Virus record (IMG/VR): IMGVR_UViG_3300002092_000025
From: a virus
DNA length: 64,000 bases
Reading direction: 5' to 3' (one strand)
The stretch's first letter is position 1. Each line of letters starts with the position of its first letter. Shown piece by piece: positions 56,828-64,000 of this stretch. The notes under the pieces are model-generated. The model had not been told where the DNA came from, did not search any database, and saw nothing but the letters and a program-made list of their open reading frames with translations. The position numbers and the translations under genes were made by a program.

Positions 56828-57781
56828 ATGGCAACAGCTGGATCAAATATACTTGCATTAGATTATAATAGCATACAAACTCAAGTTGCGAGTATTTTAG
56901 GTGCTCCAGTAACAGCTACGCCGTCAATCGGATATAATCAAACAGTACAAAGTGCTCAGGTTACGGCTTCGTCTAGTGTCATAACTCAAGATCAATGGCA
57001 GAGATTAAAAAACGATATAACAAATTGTGCAAGACATCAAAATACTACGATAACAGATCTCGATAATCTTACGATTACCCAAGGTAATCCTGTTTATGCT
57101 GCCAATAATACTCCATTTACTACCGCAACTGCGGCTATTCTAGCTAATAGATTAGTAATGCCGTCAGTTACTGGGCAATTTACAACTGGTACCTTGAGTG
57201 CATTAACCTTTACCAATAATTGGACAACTCAGTTAACTCATACGGTTACTGTAGCTTGGTCTACTGCTGCTGCTATGAGTGCTTTTTTTAACGCTGGCGG
57301 ATATATATCTTTTACAGCATCAAGAGACGCGGGCAATGATAATCCAGCAGGGGGGTTCCCACAACCGCAGAACAAATCTTGGGATGATCTATTGGGCATT
57401 ACCGGTGGTACATCAGTGCTAGGTACTGTATATTTTAAATACAATGGATGCTCTAATAGTTTAGCCAAAGGAACTGGATCGGGCATTGGGGTATATAATC
57501 TAACAAGTAATGAATTACCACTTTATACTTATAGTGGTGGGAGTTATGCAGGAAATGATTATACTATTAAGGCATTATGCCCAGGAGTTGCATCAAATAG
57601 TGGCGGTGCTGCTAATTCCATAACATTTAGAATATACTTTAATGATGGTGCCAAGGCAGGTAGTCCGTACGATCTAGTAACCGGAACATTTAGAAGTACA
57701 GTTGGATATCTTAATTCAATTGGTACTATTGCAACTATTGCTCCACCGGTTAGCGGTACTCCGACCTTTACCGGAAGTTAA
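56828..57781 (+). CDS. Thr/Gly/Ala-rich virion structural protein
   Basis: ILALDYNSIQ, ITQDQWQRL and FFNAGG.I.F; last gene of the late fibre unit. Confidence 0.65.
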   Translation: MATAGSNILALDYNSIQTQVASILGAPVTATPSIGYNQTVQSAQVTASSSVITQDQWQRLKNDITNCARHQNTTITDLDNLTITQGNPVYAANNTPFTTATAAILANRLVMPSVTGQFTTGTLSALTFTNNWTTQLTHTVTVAWSTAAAMSAFFNAGGYISFTASRDAGNDNPAGGFPQPQNKSWDDLLGITGGTSVLGTVYFKYNGCSNSLAKGTGSGIGVYNLTSNELPLYTYSGGSYAGNDYTIKALCPGVASNSGGAANSITFRIYFNDGAKAGSPYDLVTGTFRSTVGYLNSIGTIATIAPPVSGTPTFTGS

Positions 57782-57791
57782 TAATCAATAA

Positions 57792-57820
57792 TTGACATAT
57801 GAATTATTTTCATTTATAAT
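57792..57820 (+). promoter_or_regulatory. Perfect sigma70 consensus promoter
   Basis: TTGACA (57792-57797), 17 nt, TATAAT (57815-57820). Confidence 0.85.
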
Positions 57821-57843
57821 TAAGTTATAGATGGAGATAGTTT

Positions 57844-58194
57844 ATGGATGAACGGTTAAAGGCTGCTCTAGATGTAGCCAATCATATGGTTACATATAAT
57901 AATCAACGAGAGCTAATCAAGCAAGAATTTAAAGAAAATTGTCTATATCACGAAGACGGCCATCGTTTTGTTATCGATAGAGAATTAATTAATTTTTTAT
58001 CAACATTAACACAACTAGGGCACGATACTGATGTAGTTATACTTGATGATTTTGAAAATCCATTCATGATCGAAAATGTTAAAGAATTCCTAGATAAAAT
58101 ATTCATGATCTATATTGAAGAAACCAATAGCTATTATCATAAGTATGCGCTATTAAAATCTACTAGATCAATTTCAAAAATAATGGAGATATGA
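57844..58194 (+). CDS. Hypothetical protein
   Basis: 116-aa ORF with GGAG Shine-Dalgarno; first gene after the sigma70 promoter. Confidence 0.75.
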   Translation: MDERLKAALDVANHMVTYNNQRELIKQEFKENCLYHEDGHRFVIDRELINFLSTLTQLGHDTDVVILDDFENPFMIENVKEFLDKIFMIYIEETNSYYHKYALLKSTRSISKIMEI

Positions 58195-59082
58195 TTGTCG
58201 GAGTCTAAAGGTATTCTATTATTTGCTCATAATAATCAAGAAATTGATTACATAACGATGGCTAGTGTTTGTGCTAGGTTTGCAAAAAAGAATTTAGGAG
58301 TACCAGTAACTGTGGTTACTGATTCCAGTTCTGTAAAATGGGCTTTTTCTCAAGATCCTAAAATTATGGAAGCATTTGATAATTTCGTATTAACTGATGA
58401 TATTCCGGTGCTAGTTGATCAAGATAAAAGATTTTATGACGGATCTTTGGATTATAAGAAAATTAGATTTAATAATGGATTTAGATCTTTATGTTATTAT
58501 CTTTCGCCGTACGATCAGACTATAGTAATGGATACTGATTTATTAATAATGAATGATAGATTAAAAAATGTTTGGGATACCGATGAAGATTTTATGATAA
58601 ATTCGGATCATTTTGATCTAGCAAGATATAGAGATGATTCTGAATTTAAAAAGACTAGCGATCGTGGTATTGATTTTTATTGGGCAACTATTTTCTATTT
58701 TAAGAAAACAGCTTGGACAAAATCTTTCTTTGATCTATATCAACATATAGTTGAAAATTATGATTTTTATGTTTTTACATATCAGTTACCGTGGCATCTT
58801 ATGAGGAATGATTATGTAGTTAGTGTTGCTATACATATAATGAATGGCTTTAGTAATAGATCAAAACCTGTTAAATTACCTTGTACTGTATATTATACGC
58901 TAGATCGAGATGAACTAACTCAAATAAATTCTAAGAATGAATTAATATTCTTTGTACAAAAACAGGATCATCTAGGTGAATATACTTTGATAAAAACATC
59001 TACACAGAACGTACATATAATGAACAAATATAGTTTTATTAGGAATATACCAAAGATGCAGGAGATATTAGATGCAGAATAA
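58195..59082 (+). CDS. GT-A fold glycosyltransferase-like protein (GT8-like)
   Basis: YYLSPYDQTIVMDTD (DxD), WATIFYFKK, RNDYVVSVAIHIM. The start codon is uncertain. Confidence 0.65.
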   Translation: MSESKGILLFAHNNQEIDYITMASVCARFAKKNLGVPVTVVTDSSSVKWAFSQDPKIMEAFDNFVLTDDIPVLVDQDKRFYDGSLDYKKIRFNNGFRSLCYYLSPYDQTIVMDTDLLIMNDRLKNVWDTDEDFMINSDHFDLARYRDDSEFKKTSDRGIDFYWATIFYFKKTAWTKSFFDLYQHIVENYDFYVFTYQLPWHLMRNDYVVSVAIHIMNGFSNRSKPVKLPCTVYYTLDRDELTQINSKNELIFFVQKQDHLGEYTLIKTSTQNVHIMNKYSFIRNIPKMQEILDAE

Positions 59083-59938
59083 AGGATATCTAATATTAGC
59101 ACAGAATGGAACAGTTGATTATGTTCGCATGGCGTATGTGTTAGCTTTAACTATAAAGTTAACTCAAACTGAAATTAATTCGGTTTCTCTATTAACAGAT
59201 GTTCCTGATGCTGTACCAGATCATTATAAGTCTGTATTTGATAATATTATAGAGATCCCGTGGTTTGATGATGCTTTGAATTCTGAATGGAAAATTGAGA
59301 ATCGTTGGAAAATATATCACGTCACACCATACGAACAAACTATATTACTGGATGCTGACATGATAATCTTATCAGATGTTAGTCATTGGTGGGATTATCT
59401 AGAAAATAATCATGATTTATATATAACAAAAAACGCTATAACTTATCGTAATGAAATGGTAACAGATAGATCTTATCGTAGGACGTTTGCTGAAAACAAT
59501 TTACCAGATGTGTATAGTGCTTACATGTATTTTAAAAAATCAGAAACAGCAGAACAATTTTGGAAATTAGTTGAGATTATCGCAAAAGATTGGCAAATTT
59601 TTTATAATAAATATCTTACAGAATATAAACCAAAGATACTCAGCATGGATGTAGTATTTGCTCTTGCTATAAAATTATTAGGAATCGAAGATCAGATAAC
59701 TTCTCCGTTTGAATATCCTCAATTTGTACATATGAAAAGTCGTGTACAGAACTGGTCAAACCCTGGAGACGATTGGATGACACAAACTGGAACATATCTA
59801 AATAAACAAGGTGTTCTAAAAATCGGTAATTATCAACAGAGTGGAATATTTCATTATACTCAAAAAGACTTTTTAAATGATTATATACTTTATGTTTTTG
59901 AAGATCTTTATAAGGAGAAATTAAATGGATCCGTTTGA
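59072..59938 (+). CDS. GT-A fold glycosyltransferase-like protein, paralogue of the preceding gene
   Basis: KIYHVTPYEQTILLDAD (DxD), YSAYMYFKK, MDVVFALAIK, FVHMK. Confidence 0.65.
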   Translation: MQNKGYLILAQNGTVDYVRMAYVLALTIKLTQTEINSVSLLTDVPDAVPDHYKSVFDNIIEIPWFDDALNSEWKIENRWKIYHVTPYEQTILLDADMIILSDVSHWWDYLENNHDLYITKNAITYRNEMVTDRSYRRTFAENNLPDVYSAYMYFKKSETAEQFWKLVEIIAKDWQIFYNKYLTEYKPKILSMDVVFALAIKLLGIEDQITSPFEYPQFVHMKSRVQNWSNPGDDWMTQTGTYLNKQGVLKIGNYQQSGIFHYTQKDFLNDYILYVFEDLYKEKLNGSV

Positions 59939-60548
59939 ATATTATGAATCATTAAAACAACAAGAAAATTCTATTAAGAAATGCTACTTTTATTATGATC
60001 TATCGACAGGTGTTATTGATTCAATGAAAATGGAATTAGATAACGACGATCCTAAACCATATATAGAAGTCTCAGAAGAAAATTTACCAGAAGGTATACA
60101 AAACATCTTTGATTTTTTAATAGTAGAAAAAGATGATAAGATGGAATTAGTTAAAAAACAAGATTCATTGATAGATATAATAACTGTTGATGATATAATT
60201 CATCAGATGTTTAGGATTCCTCATGATCCAGATATTAAAATATCTCAAGCAAATTATAGTTTTGATCTATTAATAGAACAGGATAATATTAAACAAGAAT
60301 TCAGGATACGGGTTTCGGACATAATTAAAAGTCGATATAATATAAGTGCAGCATCTGGACAAGAAATGAAATTTTTTGTAACGGCAGAAAATGATCCAAA
60401 TATATTATATCAAACCGTCGGTGTATTAGTAACTGATCTATTAAAATATAAATTTGTTACATTCTCATATGAGGAGTTTGAAGGTATTCCCTGTAATATA
60501 TTCTCCAAGAGATATTTTCAAAATTATATACATATAGTGATCGAATGA
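59925..60548 (+). CDS. Hypothetical protein
   Basis: 207-aa ORF coupled to its neighbours by overlaps. Confidence 0.75.
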   Translation: MDPFEYYESLKQQENSIKKCYFYYDLSTGVIDSMKMELDNDDPKPYIEVSEENLPEGIQNIFDFLIVEKDDKMELVKKQDSLIDIITVDDIIHQMFRIPHDPDIKISQANYSFDLLIEQDNIKQEFRIRVSDIIKSRYNISAASGQEMKFFVTAENDPNILYQTVGVLVTDLLKYKFVTFSYEEFEGIPCNIFSKRYFQNYIHIVIE

Positions 60549-61432
60549 CAAAACTATTTCTTCATGAAGTTGATACTGTATTCATTAGTTATGACGAGCC
60601 AAATGCTGATAAGAATTATGCAGAATTGGTTAATATATTACCTTGGGCTAAACGTGTACACGGTGTTAAAGGTAGCGATGCAGCACACAAAGCCGCAGCA
60701 GATCTAAGTGAGACAGACAGATTTATCACTGTTGATGCTGATAATATCGTAAATAAAGAATTCTTTTTACAAAGTATAGAATTAGACGACAACAATAAAG
60801 ATTATGTGTTTAGTTGGTGTGGTAAAAACATAGTCAATGGGTTAATATACGGCAACGGTGGATTGAAATGTTGGACGAAAGATTTTGTTCTAAACATGAA
60901 AACCCATGAAAATAGTGATCCCGATGATACTGAAAGTGTGGTAGAATTTTGTTTTGATCCAAGATACTATCAGATGAACGAATGTTTTAGTGTTAGTCAC
61001 ATTAATGAAAGCCCTTTCCAAGCGTGGCGTGCAGGGTTCCGTGAGGGTGTTAAGATGAGTCTCGATCGCGGAAGAAAGTCTACTGATATACATAAGGTTT
61101 GGTGGCAAAATTATCATAGATTACTGATATGGTGTAATATTGGGGCCGACGTTAAGAACGGGCTTTGGAGCATGTATGGTGCTCGATTAGGTTGTTGGAT
61201 GACAACGTTAACTGATTGGGATCATATACAAGTTAGAGATTTTGAATATCTAACACACCTTTGGAACAAGGAAATAGAATTTGGAATTGAAAATAACTTG
61301 TTGGATAAAATTAAAGAAAAAGGAAATGAATTGCGAGAAGAATTAAATCTTGATATATCGGATATTGATGCAAGCGGGTCTAGATTTTTTAAATTTGTAT
61401 ATCAAAATACCCCACGGATTATTAAACGATGA
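60545..61432 (+). CDS. GT2-like glycosyltransferase
   Basis: FISYDEPNAD..Y, RVHGVKGSDAAHKAAA, FITVDAD (DxD), YGNGGLKCW, QAWRAGFREGVK. Confidence 0.65.
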   Translation: MTKLFLHEVDTVFISYDEPNADKNYAELVNILPWAKRVHGVKGSDAAHKAAADLSETDRFITVDADNIVNKEFFLQSIELDDNNKDYVFSWCGKNIVNGLIYGNGGLKCWTKDFVLNMKTHENSDPDDTESVVEFCFDPRYYQMNECFSVSHINESPFQAWRAGFREGVKMSLDRGRKSTDIHKVWWQNYHRLLIWCNIGADVKNGLWSMYGARLGCWMTTLTDWDHIQVRDFEYLTHLWNKEIEFGIENNLLDKIKEKGNELREELNLDISDIDASGSRFFKFVYQNTPRIIKR

Positions 61433-62811
61433 GTCAAGAGACTGACAGAATTTATCAAATCTCCAAAGCTGCAAATGAAATTAGCCCGACATTTTGTTTA
61501 GCTAAGTGGCATCATACTACTATCTATTTACATACAGGACAGACACATAGTTGTTATCATCCTAAACAGCATCATATACCTATTGAGGAAATTAAAGTAA
61601 ATCCCTCTGCATTACATAATACACTACATAAGAAAAAAGAACGTGCATTGATGTTAGTAGGAGAGAAACCAGTAGGCTGTCAGTATTGCTGGAATGTTGA
61701 GAGTCTTAGCGATTCTCATATATCAGATCGTATGATTCGTAATGAGTCGATTTATAAACCAGAAAGATTAGAAGAGATTAAAAATAATCCTTGGGATTTT
61801 AATATTAATCCTGAATATGTTGAAATAGCATTTAGTAATGAATGTAATTTTAAATGTGGATACTGTCACCCAATGGCAAGCTCGTCTTTTCATTCCGAAA
61901 TTAAAAAACACGGGCCATATGATACTGTAAAAAATCATAGGCTTGATGTAGAATGGTTTAATCCACACACGGAAGATAATAACCCATACATTACTGCTTG
62001 GTGGGAATGGTGGCCTGAATTATCTAAAACTCTTAATATTTTGAGGATAACTGGCGGCGAGCCATTAATGCATAAAAGCACATGGCGGCTTTTTGATAGT
62101 TTACGAGAAGATCCAAAACCAAATCTAGAATTAAATCTTAATAGTAATCTCGGTATATCATCGAGATTAGTTGAGAAGTTGTCTGATAATGTAAATGATT
62201 TATTATCTAATAACAAAATTAAGGCTTTTAAATTATTTTCAAGTATGGATACCTGGAATAACAGAGCTGAATATCTACGCACTGGATTAGATATAGAATT
62301 GTGGGAAAAGAATTTAGATATATATCTTACAAGGACAAACCGTCCAGTTTCGATTATGTGTACTTTTAATATATTAAGTGTGACATCATTTACTGATTTT
62401 TTACAAAAGGTATTAGAATGGCGAGCGAAATATCAGCATAAGTTAAATCCGACCGGATATGGTCGTCGCATACGTTTTGATACTCCATATTTAAAGGAAC
62501 CGTTGCAGTATGATATGTTGATATTACCTAAAGATGAATATCTACCTTATTTTGATAAGATATTAAAATTTATCGATGATAATCGAGATGAACATGATCC
62601 TACTAAATTTACAGATATTGAATTTGAAAAATTTAGGAGGGTTAGAGATTATTTTGCGACTAAGAATTATGATGATGAAAAAGTCAGAGAAGGTAGGATA
62701 GATTTTTATAATTGGTTTACTGAATATGATAAGCGTAGAAATGTAAACTTTTTAGAGACTTTTCCGGAGATGGAAAATTTTTGGAATTTATGTAAAAGTT
62801 TAAATAGATAA
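61429..62811 (+). CDS. Radical SAM enzyme with an N-terminal twitch/SPASM-like Cys cluster
   Basis: CxxxCxxC motif NECNFKCGYC; ITGGEPL; N-terminal FCLAKW...SCYH...GCQYCW. Confidence 0.9.
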   Translation: MSQETDRIYQISKAANEISPTFCLAKWHHTTIYLHTGQTHSCYHPKQHHIPIEEIKVNPSALHNTLHKKKERALMLVGEKPVGCQYCWNVESLSDSHISDRMIRNESIYKPERLEEIKNNPWDFNINPEYVEIAFSNECNFKCGYCHPMASSSFHSEIKKHGPYDTVKNHRLDVEWFNPHTEDNNPYITAWWEWWPELSKTLNILRITGGEPLMHKSTWRLFDSLREDPKPNLELNLNSNLGISSRLVEKLSDNVNDLLSNNKIKAFKLFSSMDTWNNRAEYLRTGLDIELWEKNLDIYLTRTNRPVSIMCTFNILSVTSFTDFLQKVLEWRAKYQHKLNPTGYGRRIRFDTPYLKEPLQYDMLILPKDEYLPYFDKILKFIDDNRDEHDPTKFTDIEFEKFRRVRDYFATKNYDDEKVREGRIDFYNWFTEYDKRRNVNFLETFPEMENFWNLCKSLNR

Positions 62812-62827
62812 TGAAAGAATCCAATTA

Positions 62828-64000
62828 ATGAATAAAAAATCAATTTTTATTAGATATGAAAAATTTATTATTGAAAATAATCAAAAAGTAACAAATGTGG
62901 ATGGAATTAATCCTAATAATATTTGTAATTTTATAAGTGATAAAAGGTTTAGATCTTCTCAGGTTATTGATACTATCTTTTATTATTATCAACACAATCC
63001 TAATTCAGAAGAAATGATAAACATTGAATCAATTGAAAGTACAAATGATAACAACTATATTATTCCAACAGCAGTAGCCTATCATCCCGACGATTGGACA
63101 GATACAAAACATAATAAATCTATATTTGAGTACCTGCCTGCAACTTATTTAAAAGACATGCAGGATAAAAAAGCCCTATTATTAATTGATCAAAGTGTCG
63201 AAGGGTATCATACTGTGTGGCTATGGGATTGGTTTTATAAAAAATGCCAGGAGTATAACTTAGATCCCTCGTCGATAATTTATCTAACAGGCGATCAATC
63301 GTCGACTGATAGTTATAGTGATTGGTGTAAGATAAACAATCCCATAGATCGATTAAAGGTAATTCCATCTACTTCGTTAGCTATGTATATACATAGGCAC
63401 TATATTACAAATAATTTGAATATTAATTTTGATGAATTATTAGAATATAAAAAAACAAACAATAATAATATTTTTTTATATGATTGCATTAATCTTAGAC
63501 CCAGACCTCAACGTATCCTAAATTTTTTACATCTTCTTAATGCAGGGTTATTAGAATTTGGAAATATTAGCATGTCGTCATATAAGGAATGGCGATCGCA
63601 TTTTACTATTAATTCTACTTTTTTAAAGAGATATAATTTATCAATCGAGATTTTATCTAAATTAGATGATTGTACACCTAAAAAAACATTACACACTGAT
63701 CTCATTGGAAAAGATAGACATTATTATGTTTATGTTGAACGAATACTAGATGAAATGTATAAGAATAGTTGGGTATCGATCGTAGTTGAATCGTCTTATT
63801 TTAAAAGAGAGAATGCTGTATTTATAAGTGAAAAAACTTTTAAACCTATCGCATGTATGCAGCCTTTTATAATTGTTGGATCAAAAGGAACATTAAAATA
63901 TCTAAGAAAGTTAGGATATAAAACATTTCATCCGTACATTGATGAGTCATATGATGAGTTAGACGATGATGAAAGATTTGCTTCTGTAATTGAATCGATC
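62828..64000 (+). CDS. Glycosyltransferase-like protein, truncated at the right edge; absent from the ORF track
   Basis: ATG at 62828 and an apparently open frame to the window end. It contains WVSIVVES...FISEKTFKPIACMQPFIIVG..G.LKYLRKLGYKTF..IDESYD, a SEK-motif domain reminiscent of GT10-type transferases. Confidence 0.65.
   Translation, partial: MNKKSIFIRYEKFIIENNQKVTNVDGINPNNICNFISDKRFRSSQVIDTIFYYYQHNPNSEEMINIESIESTNDNNYIIPTAVAYHPDDWTDTKHNKSIFEYLPATYLKDMQDKKALLLIDQSVEGYHTVWLWDWFYKKCQEYNLDPSSIIYLTGDQSSTDSYSDWCKINNPIDRLKVIPSTSLAMYIHRHYITNNLNINFDELLEYKKTNNNNIFLYDCINLRPRPQRILNFLHLLNAGLLEFGNISMSSYKEWRSHFTINSTFLKRYNLSIEILSKLDDCTPKKTLHTDLIGKDRHYYVYVERILDEMYKNSWVSIVVESSYFKRENAVFISEKTFKPIACMQPFIIVGSKGTLKYLRKLGYKTFHPYIDESYDELDDDERFASVIESI

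Noticed and set aside
51824-57781. Diversity-generating retroelement acting on the fibre genes
   Set aside because: There is no reverse transcriptase in the window, and I saw no adenine-specific template/variable repeat pair. The paralogues are similar only at protein level.

Overview
This window is the morphogenesis core of an AT-rich, T4-like (Tevenvirinae-related, probably jumbo) myophage, read with the standard genetic code. From left to right it holds: a collagen-like fibre gene that runs off the left edge and is missed by the ORF track; neck and tail-terminator genes (gp14, gp15); a Nudix hydrolase; a minus-strand head operon (tape measure, portal gp20, core proteins, protease gp21, scaffold gp22, capsid gp23); gp26/gp51-like tail chaperones; a GIY-YIG gene followed by a ~440-nt structured non-coding region; gp46/gp47 split by an HNH endonuclease; late sigma gp55; a baseplate operon (gp54-like, gp53-like, gp27-like, gp5, gp25, gp6, a 5225-aa giant protein); fibre genes; and a sigma70-driven glycosyltransferase/radical SAM cluster that runs off the right edge. 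ATAAATA late-promoter motifs precede most structural units. The best leads are (1) the large structured RNA candidate behind the minimal GIY-YIG nuclease, (2) a probable programmed -1 frameshift fusing the gp26-like and gp51-like ORFs, (3) an HNH element inserted into the 5' end of gp46 that rebuilds the gp46 N-terminus, and (4) 28-aa tape-measure repeats whose length matches about one tail ring. All family assignments come from motif recognition by eye. No database searches were run.
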